Assembly (NCBI RefSeq): GCF_963921235.1
Contig: NC_086097.1
Location: 232,378,001 to 232,442,000, forward strand
DNA length: 64,000 nt
DNA from: Mobula hypostoma
Taxonomy: Eukaryota
Direction of reading: 5' to 3'
The notes below the pieces were generated by a model that saw only the letters and a program-made list of their open reading frames with translations, made no database searches and was not told where the DNA came from. Made by a program: the position numbers and the translations under genes. How positions within the stretch are numbered: the stretch's first letter is position 1; each line of letters opens with the position of its first letter. Shown one piece after another: positions 36,621-51,159 of the stretch.

Positions 36621-37549
36621 GGCAGAGATGAAGAAGCTGATTCTGAATGATTTAACAATCCATACCAACTTACTGATGTATCTGATTTTGGCAAAATGTA
36701 ATGAGGCTAAAATCTCTGTAGAGTACCTTTAAGGCAGTAATAATTATGGCTGGATGTTTGGGATATAGTGTGCATTCACTGTGTCTACAACACATTCTTG
36801 GCTTCTGTTATCGAAGCATGACTCTGAGCCAGGTGTTGAGCCAGGAATTTACTGCTGATTTCGAAAGATATCTACCCTTCTGAAATTTCTGTAGTCAGGA
36901 ACTTCAGAAAAGAAATCATCTGCTGATTCTGCCCTAATACTATTACTCAAAGTGGTTTGAATCCAAAGACCAGAGGTTGGACCAGAGCCATGGTCCAATA
37001 CCATTAAGAAAGTGGTTTGTGGACCCCAGGTTGAGAAACCCTGCCCTAAACTGATAATACTTGTAGAAAGCCAGATTCCACTTTTGCAACTGCATCTGTG
37101 AAGTCAGTAGATTTCTGGGATTTGATACTTCAAGAAGCTTTTTGTTGGTGCTTTATATTACCACCAATAGGACAGGGTCTGTACCTTGCCTGGCTGTGTC
37201 ATCATGGAGTCTTTACAAAATCGATCTTCATCATCCAATGAAATGAGAATGGTCATGAAACAGAAATGTGATCTGCTTAAAGAAGATGAAAGCCTTTCAT
37301 TAATTATTGCATAGAGTAGTTTAGAATTTGAATGTTATAACCCCAAAACTTTTTCTCTGTCTTCTACCTTTAAAGAAGTCTCACAATAGTTTTTTTCCTA
37401 TAACAATTCTTTAAATCACCAGAGCATACTATACAGATCACTTTTAATCAACCTGCATGTTTTATGAAATTGCTAAATATGTGTAATAATATTATGTTGA
37501 AAATTAGCATTACCACTTAATTGTATTTTCTTTAAGCAAGGCAATTCAT

Positions 37550-38060
37550 GAATGAATACACTTTTTCGGGCTTCCAGCCGGGTAAAGATTGTAACCAATG
37601 TTTAGATGACAAATTCTGCAATCGTCATGAGAGATGATGCCTAGGCATATCCGGTGTTATTTATACCCCCATAGTCTGTCCCTCCTGGCTGGTTAGTCCT
37701 CATCCAATCAGGTTTCTGCTCTCCCACCTTGTTTGCAATCGAATTCCCGTTCTTACTTAGAGTGAGACCTTTATTTTAATAGCTTCCTTTATCAGGCGGT
37801 CCCAAAAGCCATTGGCATGGCACAGTAGTTTTGTGCCATCAAAGTCAATCCTATTGCCATTGCAAATCCAATGTTCTGTTACTGTCGATTTCTCCAGATA
37901 ACCCAAATGGATACACCTCCTTGATGCGGGTTTCTACTGTGTGTCCCATCTGACCGATGTATGCTGCTCTGATTTCACAGGGAATCCTGCAAACACCAAC
38001 TGACCTGAGTCCCAAGTCCTCTTTGACCTGCATAAGCTGTGATTTGAACTTCCTTGCTAC
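37550..38060 (-). mobile_element. Degraded PLE of a second family (Penelope/Poseidon-like GIY-YIG)
   Basis: Translation GVCRIPCEIRAAYIGQMGHTVETRIKE resembles GVYxIPCxCGxxYIGQTGR. Confidence 0.7.
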
Positions 38061-41000
38061 TACTCATTTCTCCGTCCTTCAATGTAGTTGAGTGAAATGA
38101 TTGAGTGAAAAGAGGGAACATAACTGCATAAAATATTTTGCCCATTCACAGCGTGAAATGCCTACACTTAATGTTTCTTAATGTTAGTTAAGGTGAAAAG
38201 CAGTTTGTCATCTGGTACATTTGTTAATGAGGTTGCGTGAAGCATTTAAATGTTTGTTAAAATCCTTTCTCATTCATCAAGTATACATTTTAAGGGTGTG
38301 GTATTAGGGCAGATGCATTTTCAGCCGTTGGGCAAGCATTTTTAAAATCTTAAACAGTGGTTAAATTCTGTGCCAAAGCTTTTAATTTTCCCATTGCTAA
38401 TATCAAATTCAGGTGCAGCCAAACTACTAAAACAAAATTATATATTGAAATCCAAAAAAATACAGATGCTGGAAATTTGAAAACATAAAATGTTGAAAAC
38501 ACCTAGCAGGTCAGAGGTTAATTCTGTTTCTTTGTGATTATTTGCAAAATGTTATTATTTTATCCATTTTAATACTGTATATGGCTTTTGAAGTCTTTGT
38601 GCATATCATTGTACTAGTGCAGGTGTTAAGTATAAAATGGCTTGCTTAAATGTGCTACAAGCCATTTGGCTGTACTACAATGTAGTCTGTTGTGAAATTA
38701 TGACTAACTGCATTTCTTTTGAGAGCTGGCCAAGATGATGTAATCTATTCATGTAATGTTTACAGCAGATAACTTGATTAGATCAATACTGACCATGACC
38801 AGGTACAATTTTAATACTAGATTGAGGCCGAAGGGACAGTTTCCTGTAATGCTAAAAATATGAAAATTGTAATGAATTTACATAATTTCCTACTTAGGAA
38901 CTTAAAATTTCATTTGCTATGGCTCAGTTTGCAGCTAGTCTCTCGCTTTTTACTTTAGAGATTTATCACCACCTTTGAGGAAAATTGACATTAGCTCTGG
39001 TATATCTGGGCCATAAGTATCTGCATAATGTGATAACTCTAGTATTACTTTGGGGTCAGATCCTGCTCTCTGCTGTTTAAAAACATTTGCAGACATATTT
39101 TAAATAGGTCATAAGAGCTTATCAGAAATTCCTAGTAAACTTGTTGGAATTTATTTGTTTTAATATTTTCTTTAAAAAGTTACTTTTTAGTGGAAGAAAT
39201 TTCATAAAATATAAAGCTAACAGGCGGAGGCTGCATGAGAACTCATGTTTGTATAAGCTACTTGAAAGGTCTACCATATTTGAAATCACAACCATGTGAT
39301 TGTTGGAATCATTTAGTTTGGAAAGCATTTTGTTGGAAATCATGTAACTCCCTTTTCATCTCCCTCTTACCACTAATAGAAATTGGTAAGCATGTTTTAA
39401 GGTCGAGGGCTCCATATTTAGTTAACTGCTTGAAGGGGCAAGTACTATGTTTCTAATATTTTCTGATTTTGTGTATTGTCTTATCGATACGAGCCTTTGT
39501 TCTGTACTCGGGAGGAAGTGGGAGTTTTTCAGCTGCCAAGGCTACAGAGAGAGAAGGCCTGGAACCACATCCATGGCAGTGACTGTCTTGCGCTTAGGGT
39601 GTTCAGTGTAGGTGACCGCATCCCGGATCACATTCCCTATGAAGTTGGTCAACAGCAATTTTCTGCTCAATGCTGTTATTTACCTTCCACCTCTCTAATC
39701 ACATTGCAGCTCTTTTTCTGTATCTTCTGGTACCCCTTCCCTGCCCATTTAGTTAAAATCCTTATCAAAATTGTTTCCCATCAGCTAATTCCAAATGCTG
39801 ATGTAATTAAGATATGGTCACAAATTATGGTAAGTCTTTAGGTGCATTTTGTATTAATGGCACTATGTTTGTTTTTAATACTTAGATTTCTTAAATAAGT
39901 TCTCTTTTTTTAAAGCATGTTGAAGCTTGAATTATCTTACTCATGGATCTAATCACTTTTAGGTTACTTACTAAAAGTAACCTAACTTTTAGGCTACAGC
40001 CTATTAAATTTTAGGTTATAATAGACAACTTCAGTTTTAAATTAAGGTAGTGTTTTGTACTTTCACACTGCAGTACAGTGTTTGGCTCTGTAGGCTTCTG
40101 ATAAAATTTGCAGATAGGAAAAAAATGTTGCATTAATTACCATTTTTGAGGTGACCTTGTTCGTGTTAACCCTACTGCTGCAATTTGACATTGAGTGAAG
40201 GCAGTGCCAAATATGCAGTGAGTGAATGTGTGAGAGAGAGAGGTGGGAGGGTAGGCGGTGGATGAGAGGTGACACCTTTTTACTTTTTTAAATAGCTGTT
40301 CCAACTAATTTTGGCACAGAGGGACAATTTAATGTAATGCATGGTCCAAATACACCTGGAAAAACTAAAAACATGTACAAGTTACTAATCCTCTTACTAA
40401 TCCCAATATTGGTTTTGTTTTCATGTAAGGAATATTGTTGTAACTTGTATGTCAGAGTGCCTTCTTGAGCTTGCTGACTTTCTTTCTGGATACATGTGTA
40501 GCCTTTTTTTCTTGCACTAGTACAAGAGTTACACTTCTTGACCAAAGGTCCTGTTGTCTTATCGTTAATCTTGCATCTAAATATTTTTCTTGTACTAGCA
40601 CCTCTATGAATATGAATAGTTCTACTGCATTTCTGCCCTTACAGCAAGCTCCCATTAAGCCAGAAGGGAGAAGAGCAGTCTCCCTGAAAATTGCTAAGTG
40701 GCTGTTTTAGAGGAAGATTGCTTTTATTTATTCAGCTTCCAGTGAAGACTCTCAGCTTTAGCATACATTTCTAGTATCCACCACACTAATCACCCACACT
40801 GTGCTGGTTGTGAAACATTAGCTTCCTAGCAGCTTTAGAATCCCTGAAGTTTTAATGTTGGGAGAAAGGCCTCTATTTTAATTATTTAATTTGTTTCGAT
40901 TTGATAGGAGTTTGGGTTTGAATTACATGTTGTGCAGTACTCAACTGAGTTATTCCTCTTGTTGGAGGCTCAGATTGCGCTTGTTTCAATTTGGAATGCT

Positions 41001-41394
41001 TTGTTAAATGGAATGCCTGTTCATACAGGAGCTGTATTGTTGGGGAGTCTCATACCTTTAGGTGGGTGTGGACCAGGATTAAAGTTCATATCAAATGGTT
41101 TTAATTGCAGTTACCTGTTTGATAGAGCAGTTGAAAGGCTTTCTTTCCACTCCCTTCTATTTAATTATCGATTCACAAAATGGAACGAACGCACACGTAC
41201 ACACAGACGCGCACACACACAACACATCTACAAGTGCTGGAAGTTTATAAAACACTTGCTTTAAAAAGCTGCAAGCATGTTTTTATCCCATTTTTCAAAA
41301 AATAGAATAAAGACCATAAGATGTAGGAGCAGAATTAGACCATTCACCCCATTGATACTGCTCTGCCACTCCATCATGGCTGATGTATTATCAG

Positions 41395-41725
41395 TGTGGT
41401 GGAGATGCGTCTCTACCAAAGGAGGTGTAAAGTGTTCCCTCTGACCTTCAATTCACCCTTGGGCAAGGTATAGCACCTCCTGGATCAGGGTCACGTGAAG
41501 TCATGGAAGCAGGTGGGGGATGGTCGTATGAGTAGCTAGCGTATGGCTGTGCAACCACTGATGCCAGGCAGACAATCTCTGATAATGGCTGGGGTCACCT
41601 GTCTTGTAAAGGCACTTTCCAGAAGAAGGCAAGAGCAAACTATTTCTGTAGAAAATTTGTCAAGAATAATCACGGTTGTGAGACCATGGTTGTCTACATC
41701 ATACAACACGGCGCATAATGATGAT
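41395..41725 (+). mobile_element. BovB/RTE-related SINE-like element, nested in a CR1 3' fragment
   Basis: Homologous to 53275-53640; contains GAAGAAGGCAAGAGCAAAC; (ATG)n tail; splits the CR1 fragment at 41315-42005. Confidence 0.7.
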
Positions 41726-42099
41726 GGTCAATTTTCTCTCTCAGCCCCATTCTTCTGCATTCTCCACATAACCATTGATACTCTTACTACTCGAGAACCT
41801 ATCAACCTCTACTTTGAATAAACCCTCCACAGCTGTCTGTTGCAACGAATTCCACAGATTCACCATCCTCTGGCTAAAAATATTCCTCCTAATCTCTGTT
41901 CTAAAGAGACATCCTTGTATTTTGAGATTGTGCCCTCTGGTCTGAGACTCACCCACTGTTGGAAACAACCTCTCCGTGCCCACTCTATCTAGACGTTTCA
42001 ATATTTAGTAAGTAAACTAGTGATTACCTAATAAAATATGCATGTTTTTAGATTGAACAACTAATCATTGATATTATAAGATTTAAAAAAAATATTTTT

Positions 42100-42362
42100 C
42101 TTTACTTATTGGAATACAGCGTGGAATGGGCACTTCTGGCTCTTCAAGCTGTGCCTCCCAGCAGTCCCCGAATTTAAGCCTAGCCTAATCACAGGGCAAT
42201 TTACAATGACCAATTAGCCTACCAACTGGTACAACTTTTGGACTGTGGGAGGAAGGAAACTGGAGCACCTGGAGGAAATCCACGTGGTCACAGGAAGAAC
42301 ATACAAACTCCTCACATATAGCGGCAGAAACGTGGCTAACCACTATGCTACCATGTTGCCCT
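42100..42362 (-). mobile_element. V-type tRNA SINE, degraded
   Basis: TTTACAATGACCAATTAGCCTAC...GGACTGTGGGAGG...GGAGCACC...CTAACCACTATGCTACC, the reverse of the 31.4 and 56.5 kb family. Confidence 0.65.
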
Positions 42363-43797
42363 TTTTACTCTATAAATTAATTGATTCACATCTAGGTTTT
42401 GCTTTGAGATAACATGCAGAACTTGATATTGTTCCTGTTGCAGGGATGTATAGGAGGCATATATTTCAATTCAGGTTTCACAGCTCTGCTGGCAACAAGA
42501 TCCATTTAGCAAGCAGAACCAAATCTGTTTTGATTCAAACATGTAAGCATTTAAGCAAGTTGTGCAGAGGAGTAGAGTATCTCATGAATAACTATTATTC
42601 ATTAAATATCCTCAGTTAAATGTGTTGCTTTTTATAGAAAAGAGCGTCATCGCAGCTTACAAGTAATTTGATTTATAATTACACAGAAGCATAATAAATG
42701 CAGTAGAGTGAACATCAATAGACAAATTTCAGCATTGTAAATTGAAGATCATGTGCCTGAACTTATACTATTTTACTGAATCTTGGAGCTGTCAACTAGG
42801 TCTTGCCAGAAGCTATAAAAATCACACTTGCTGTCAAGAAAGATCTAAGTTTGCACTTGTGCAGAGAGATGCTGTAGGAGAAGTACTCATTTGAGAGTGT
42901 GGGCAAGACCCACTGATATAAGCCACTCACTTGACATTATATTTTAAAAATCAATCCAAACACTGATGATATAAACAAACCACCCACTTTACATCATTCC
43001 TTTTACTCATTCGTGAGATGTGAATTATATAAAGTGACAAGGTTATTTAATCTTGCTGCGTAAGCCATTATCTGAGGAGATGTGAATGTACAATCACTAC
43101 AGCTAGCAGTAAATGTCTCGGATTTTATGCCTGCATTGTGAAACATCTGCAGGAGATTGGTAATATGGCTGAGAAATTCCTGTGGAGTTATACTGGGATT
43201 AGATGAGTAATCTCTCATAATAAATTTCTCTTTTGTTAGGCGTGTCCTCAGCCAGTGAAGCATTTTCTCATTGAATTCAATTTGCCAGGGTTTCCTGTGG
43301 TCAGCAAGGTCAAATGTTGTTTTGGTGTTAAGAATGGCCATATTCGTCTCTTCTGGAATTAAGCTATTTCGCTTGAGTTTGAAATCGGGTTGGAAAGAGA
43401 AAGTGGACCAATGTGGTCTTGTAGTCTCAATCAATCACTGGTGAGCAGGTTATCAGAAAGTACTCTCTGATTGCAGTATTAATGATGCCTTCTAACTAAT
43501 GGTAATTAACCAGACTGTATTAATCCTGATTTAGTTAGTCAGGACATTTGTTTACAAGTTTTCGTACACTTTTTTGTTGGATGTGAGTTTTGTTGCTGCA
43601 TGGGACAGCTTGGCTAAAGAATTGCCTGGTTCTGGAGCAGATCTGTTGAGTGTTGGGATAGAGATGTTGTCAGACCTAGAGCCTTTGTACTGACAATGTG
43701 GAGTGGCTAAAGAAATACTATCCCCTTCTGGATAAAGCTGGCTACAAATAATTCAGTCTTGAGTTTACTGTAGACATGAGAAAATCTGCAGATGATG

Positions 43798-43892
43798 AGT
43801 CCTGCAGAAGGGTCTTGGCCCCTAAATGCTGATTCTTTACTCTTTTCCATAGATGCTGCCTGGCCTGCTGGGTTCCTCCAGCATTGCATGTA
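43798..43892 (+). mobile_element. PLE terminal fragment, hammerhead decayed
   Basis: GTCCTGCAGAAGGGTCTTGGCCCCTAAATG...GATGCTGCCTGGCCTGCTGGGTTCCTCCAGC, same family as 13.9 kb. Confidence 0.7.
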
Positions 43893-45732
43893 TATAGCTT
43901 TTACTGTTTGGTTTTCTATCATTGTTGATGATGATGGGAATATTCCTGAAGCCTCATGTTGGCAGTTTGATTGTCTACTATTTCACAAGAGAATTCAGCA
44001 GCTTTGAAGAGTTTTGATCTGACCTGTTAGCTGATTATAGTGTTTACCACAAATGCCATTGTTATGTTATAACTGCTCGAGATTGGCATTTTCTCTGTTG
44101 CCACTTCTTTTATTTTCTTAACACATCATGAAACCTGATTGGTTCCCTAGTTTGGAAGAGAAAGTAGTCTCATGTTTCAGGAAGTAATATGTAAGGGAGC
44201 TGTTTGAATTCTTGGTCTGAACTGGGGGACTTGGCTGAATCAATCTTATTTTAGTGCAGACATGGTGCCCTCTACAAATGGGATGATATTCATGAGTAAT
44301 GTGACTTCTATGAATCAAAATTTAATCTGGTAGTTTACTCCGCTCTTGTTTATTTTGTTGCCACACCATAGATGTTGTGTGACAGCTGTATCATTCAGGA
44401 CTTGGACACTAAAGTGTCCAACCAGTTTACTTACTATGCCCTACTTTCTTTCATGTTTCTTGTAAGTATTGCTGCACACTGAGCAGTCTGATTTTATCAT
44501 TAGTCGGAAGATGGTAGGAGGTAATCTGTAGGTTTCTTCATCTGTGTGAAGAACTGATACTCTGGGCTTAAAGTTTAATGATCTGTTTTTGAGGACTCCC
44601 AGGGTCACTCCTTCTTGCCTGTAATCCACTGGCGTATCCAGGGATGATGTAATTCGGGATATTGGCTACACTGTGTGATTCTGAGAGTCTGATTGCATCA
44701 GACTTCTGGTTTGGTCTGTGTACCTGGTTTCTCAATTTAGACATGTCTGTAGATGTTAAAGGTTTATTATATCATTGACAGGGCTGGGTGAGGCTGTTGA
44801 CTCCAATATCCAGGTCAAAAACAGGTGGGCTGCCTTATTTTATCTTTGCCATTACGTGGATATCATTACTAAGATTAATCAACCTTTTCAAATATCCCTA
44901 ACCACTCTGAATAGAGTGAGTGGAGAGATCCAGTTACAAAGATCCCAAGGATCTTAAGTATATGATCATCTACTAAATTACTCTTTGAACTTCAATCAAT
45001 ATTTGAATTTCTTTCTTGTAAAAAAAATACTTCATTCTGTAGAGAACTAGATGCGGGAGTTAAGTACGTGGGATTTAACTGGTATTTATTCATCTGGAGT
45101 AGACCCCTTTCAAAACAGGGTCATATATATGAAAGTTCTAAGTGCAGATTATCTACTGCTGTAACTAGTTTTTCAGGATATTTGCATTCAACTGTACAAT
45201 TTACTATCCTGCTTCAACCTAGGTGTGTAGCAATCTAAAAGCGACTACTGTACAGTAATAATCACATAGCGAAGTATTAAAATATTGTAGCTTTTAAATT
45301 ATACACTTTAATAGCTAATCAAACAATAATGTTAATCACCCCTTAGAGAGGCAAACAGGTCAGTCAGTCTTATTGGAGGCAACAGACAACGGTAATACTT
45401 GTGAGTCTACTTGTCAGAACAGCTCTTGGAAGAGCCAAAGTATTAACTTGTTTGTTCTTGCCACAAATACCAACTGACCTGCTTCATTCCAAAATTGTTT
45501 TCTGACTTTGTTCAACATTTCCAACATCTGTAGCATTTTACGTTTATGATTTCACACAATGAACGCTTCCCCTCTTCCCCCCCCCACCCCCCCCCCACAC
45601 TTAATGAAGTAGAGGGATGTAATTTTAGCTAACTGCAAAATATTTCTGCATCCTATCTGTTTACTTGCCTGGTTGTAATTGTAATAATTCTTGTTGTATC
45701 TTTCTGAAATGTAATTTTATTTTTAATCACAG

Positions 45733-45775
45733 TACTGCAAGTAAAAGTAACCAAACTAAAGAAGGAGAGATGTTT
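45733..45775 (+). CDS. RBBP8: RBBP8 coding exon 2 (VLQVKVTKLKKERC)
   Basis: ttttaatcacAG acceptor and GTAAGT donor. 43 nt, phase-compatible with both neighbours. Matches CtIP LQVKVTKLKQER. Confidence 0.93.
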
Positions 45776-47479
45776 GTAAGTATCTTAAATTTATTCTGAA
45801 ACATTGTTTAATGATACACTGAATATAAGTTAAAGCTGCCCTTTCAGTGGCTTAGAAGTTAGGCCAGGAAAATTTAATGTTTATTGCCGCTAAATACTGA
45901 CAGACTATGTAAAACAGCCAATGTATGATGTTGGATTTTCTGTTATCATACTTTGTTTAATTTAGAAAGGTAATTAGAGAATCATTAAAGCAAATGAGTC
46001 TATTTAGCTTCTTCCAGGTTAGTCTATTCAACCCCATTTCCTTGCTCTTTTACCACAGCCCTATAAGTTATGATGCTCTATTCGATAGGCTCTGTTTCCT
46101 GACAGTGAATTCCAGATCATAACCACTGTTCTATAAAGGAATTGTAGTTTGATTCCCTTGCCTCTGAAATACAAATGCTGACATTACATAACTATACTGA
46201 TGTGCAAATATGAAATGGAGATAGTAGAGCATTTAACTTCTGAAAAATACAGATTTTAACATTGATGTTACTATTGCTAACTGTCTCTGACATTTGATTG
46301 TGTAATTGCTTTTTTTATATTAACTTTATAATACTATGAGTAGGCCACAAATAGAGAAAAGCACAGTTGTATTTTGCCCCTTCATTTTGCGTTGGTGTCC
46401 ATGAGCCCTTGGACCTGCTCACGTTTTTGATTTAGTGATCCATATTTAAAAAAAAATACTACTTTATCTATATAAACCAGTCTTGACTTTGTACATCCCC
46501 ACTAAATCTTCTTCCAATATAAATTGCTCCAAGGTGAATAACTCGAGTTTTCAGCCTAGCCTAAAGGTAAAATCTCTCAGACCTGGAATCATTCATCTTT
46601 TGCGCAGTATCTCTGTGACCTTAGTCTCTAAAACTGTGGTGACCAGAACTGGTTGGTTCTGTTATGGCTTAGCCAGAGTTTTATAAAGTTATGATTAACA
46701 TAATAATTGAAGCTATTAACAATAAAGTCATAGAGTCATAAGAAAGCACAGCACAGAAACAGACTATTCGGCCCATTAGGTGCATGCCGAACCTTTTAAA
46801 CTGCCTACTCCTGCACCAAAACCTTAGCTCTCCATACTCCTACCATCCATGTACCTATCAATGTTAAAATGTGTATCTTCAGAAGAATAAAAATGATTAT
46901 GCTTTTTTGCCAATTCATATCTGAGCGCTTAGGTAACTGGAACCGAATGTTTAGGAATTTGTTAATATTTCAGTTTTACTGTCCGTCATGAGTTATTTTA
47001 CTTAATCATATCATTTGACATGCATATGCTTACTCCGGTTACTTTGATCAGTATCATTTTAACATTGGTTTGGTAAAGATATATTAATATCTATTCAATT
47101 ACAATCTACCAACTGAAAGCATTCAATAGTGGAAAGTCAAGATTGGAAATATTAAAAACAGAATTGGGCCACTCAGCCCCTTTAGGATCATGGCTGATCC
47201 AACATTCCCCAAGTTCACTTTACTACACTCTCACCCTAACACTTACTGGCCAGTGGTATAGTGGCTTCCGCACCGGATTTCGTCTGAACTGCTTACAAGT
47301 TCCTTGCTGCTCAACTTCAGACCCCAGCCATTTTTATGCCATCTGTAAATTTAGCTACTGTATATTTTTTTCCTTTCCCAACCATTATTATTAAGTAATT
47401 GTGTTCCTGTGCTGTCCCAATTGCTGCAAGTTGCCAATCTGAGTGATCCTCTTTCCACTGTTTACTGTCTGTTAGTCAA

Positions 47480-48400
47480 TATTCATAAAATTGTACAATG
47501 CAGAAACGGGCCCTTTTAGCCCGCATCGTCTCCGTTGATTATAATACTTATCTATGCCTATCCCATTTGCCTATGTTAAGGCTGTATTCTCTTAAACTTT
47601 CCCCATTCAAGTACGTACCCAAACGCCTTTTATACATGGTGCCTTCATCACTTCCTCTAGAAGTTATTTCCAAATATTCACCACCCTGTGTGGAAGAACT
47701 TGTCCCTCATATCACCCTTAAATTTCCCCTTTACCTCAAAGAGTTTTGCTCTCTAATTCTTGACTCAGCTGCCACTCATCATTTTATAAACTTCCTTTAA
47801 AGTTACCCCTCACTTCCCTGTGTTCTTGTGAAAATAAGCCAATCCTATCCAATCTGCCCTTATAACTACAGCCCTTTATTCCAGGCAACATCCTGGTGAA
47901 TCCCTTCTGCATTCTGTGGCTACCACATCCTGTAGCGTGGAGACAGAACTGCACACGATACTGCAGTGGTCTAACCAATGTTTTGTACAGCAGCAACGTG
48001 ACATCCCATTTTTTATGATAAATACCTTGTCTTATGAAAGCAAACATATATACCTTTTCCCTACCATCCATCTGTGTTACCATTTTCATGGAACAGTGGT
48101 CTTGCACTTCAAGGTCTCTCCATACATCAACAATCCCAAGGTGTCTGCCATTTACTCTGTATGTCCTACCAGAATTTGACTTTCCAAATTGCATTACCTT
48201 ACACTTGCTTGCGTTAAATTCTGTTTGCCATTTCTCCATCAAACTTTTCAGCTAATCTGTGCCATGCTTAGACAATCTTCCTGACTCCACCAATTTTTGT
48301 GTCATCTGCAGACTAATTAATGAAATCACCTATGTTTCTATCCAAGTCATTTATACACATTACAAACAACAAAGTTCCCCAGCGCCAATTCCTAGGGTAC
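47480..48400 (-). mobile_element. CR1 LINE fragment
   Basis: KWQTEFNASKCKVMQFG...LYKTLVRP...RLDRIGLFS. Confidence 0.75.
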
Positions 48401-51159
48401 ATATGTTGTGGACTCCCAATCAGGAAAAACACTTATTCACAATTTTCCTCCTCCACGTTCTGTCACCAGGTTAATATTAGAACATATAGAATAGTACAGC
48501 ACAGTACAGGCCCTTCGGCCCACAATGTTGTGCCGACCCTCAAACCCTGCCTCCCATATAAGCCCCCACCTTGGATATTGCATCCAGTTTGCTAGCATAT
48601 CCCTTGTGCCTTAATTTTCTGGCCCAGCCTACCTTGACAAATGTCTTACTTGGCACCGTGTAAACTGTGTCTACTGCCTGAAATAAAGGAATGATGTAAA
48701 TATATAACATATCAGACACCGTTTGTTAATGTTACAGGTTTTTTTTATCATTCTTCAGAAATGTCCATTTCAGTTATGAACAATGAAGGCTGGTTATCTG
48801 AAACTGTCATATTCAAAGTTCAGATCTAAAGGCTTGTAAGAAGATGAAATATTATTCCTTGTGCTTAAGTTGGGCATTGTTGGGGCTGTGCAAGGGGCTA
48901 TCCATTGAGATCAGATTGAGGTGGGGAATTGAAGGGACAGGTGACTGGACTTTCAGAGCGATATTTGTACTGAATGGAAATCACAGTCTGATTTCCCCAA
49001 ATACAAAGGCAGCACACCCAGAGCATAGAATGCAAAGGTTGAATTGGAGAAGGTGAGAGTGAATTGTTAAAAAGGAATGCAACACATACCTATTCTCACG
49101 GGTTACTTTTCTCTTGCTTTCTTCATCTTTCCTATCCTCTTCCCATCCCCGTCCTGTTCCCCCACTTGCCGCTCACACTAACCATTATCTGTTTCCACCT
49201 ATCATCTACTAGCCTTTGTTGCAACATGTTACACCACCAGGCTTCATCTGATGCAGCTTGATTTGTTGATTTCATCCAGCAGTTTATTCTTTGCACCAGA
49301 TTCCAGCATCCAGTCTCGTGTGTTGTCAGGTGAATTTCTTCACCTGTTTGGGTCCTTCATTTTTGGAAGTGGATGAGTGTTGCATCTCCCTAAGTTAAAT
49401 GAGAAGGGATCTAAATATTGGTGGAGGTGGAAGAGTGAATCAGAGGTGCTTCAGAGGACCAACAGTTCCTTTGTAATGCTTAAAATGGAGGGAAAATGTC
49501 TGATGGTGACATCGCATTTGTGTAACGTCTAGCAGGGAGTTGCTGTGATGTACAGGCATCAACTGAACAGAACCTTTTATATACAGAATACAACTGTGGA
49601 ATTTGTGTGTGTGTGTGTGAGAGAGGTGAAGCTGGGGAACGGTGAATATGAAAGGGAAAGCTTCTCTCAGGAAAATATTGCTTCCACAATTGGCATATTC
49701 TGGCCCTGTCCCTGACTAAAAAAGACACTTGTATCTTAAAAGTGTAAGAATTCAGTAGTCCCACTGAATATGGTCTGTGTTAAACCCCCAAACTAATCTG
49801 TAGGCTTGAGACAGCCAAACAGTCAAGTGGACCATAATTCTGAAATGTCAATTGATCTCCCACAGATGACTTATGAAGTACATATTTTCACTTACAGGAA
49901 GTTGAAATCAGAATCGAAAATTGCACTCAATTACCAGTGTTATTAAAGGACAGGTCAATATAAAAACCAGTTCTGCAATATAGGATCCAACCCCATGGCA
50001 CAAAGTCATAATTAACTATATAATAATGGAGAACCTTCGAAACTCTCTTAAGAAGTCATTGGCAATCTGTGGAAGCACTGCTTTTACGACATGCTCTGGT
50101 ATCAGGAATCAGTCAGCCACAGGTCAGGATAGAGTGTTAAATGGTTATTACAGACAATTTAGCCTCCTGCAGCTTTTCAGCACGTGAAGTATCCAGCCCC
50201 TCCTGAATCCACAACTTAAACAAGATAATCAGTATAATATTTCTTTACCAACCAACCCGCACCCGAACACCTGCACAGCTGTCGGAAGGTGCAGGGTGTG
50301 TGAAGCAGGAATTCAGATGATCAGTTTGATCATTAGATAAACCTCCAAGGCATCAGCACATACAAAATGTATTGCTGTCCTCATTCCAGAGTGTGGGTCC
50401 GTACTCTTATACTTTGTCTGCATGTCTTTAACCAGTTTAGCTGCAGTGACTTGTTCCTTTACTACAGGCAGAGGATGCTCTTGATAAGGAATTCATTCTA
50501 TTCATTTAACTATTAATCTGTATTCAGATTTTAATGAGACATATTGCCAAAGATGTCAGCTTTCAGTGTAGAAGGAAAATATGTGAAGCAGAAATTCTGT
50601 ATAACAATATGCCTACTCTTTCCAAGTGAAGCAAACCGTTTTTTCTGCCAGGTTGATCTTTAAATGCTACCTCCATAAGAAGTTACTGCCTTTGGAGGTT
50701 TGCAATACATTGACTCCTACAATTTCAGTGTTTAAAATAAGTTTGGATAGGTACATGGATGACAGGGCTATGGAGGACTAAGGTCCCAGTGCAGGTCAAT
50801 GGGGAGTAGGCAGTTTAAATGGTTTGGCACAGACTAGATGGGTTGAAGGGCCTGTTTCTGTGCTGTACTTCTCTGATTCTGTTTGCCTGGAAAAGAAGAT
50901 TGGTTATGATACAGATGAATAAAATGCTGTGTCTTCTGCCATTGTGTATAATAAGGATTACACAGAATCGGCCTTAACAATCTCAAATTGAAAATGATGA
51001 CATACTCTGCAGACCAGATAGCATCTACAGAAAAAGGGCAGCATTTATTTTTCTTTTACCTCTTACAGAACAGCCATCATTTATCTTTGTGTCCTTGCAA
51101 ACTATTGCCAATTTCCAACAACCCATTTCGTTCTGTAAACTTGCCAACATTGGGAAGAC

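Noticed and set aside
43003..43434. 143-aa and similar AT-rich ORFs (13565-14107, 18098-18517, 39476-39841)
   Set aside because: No recognisable motifs or splice support; consistent with chance ORFs or repeat-derived sequence.
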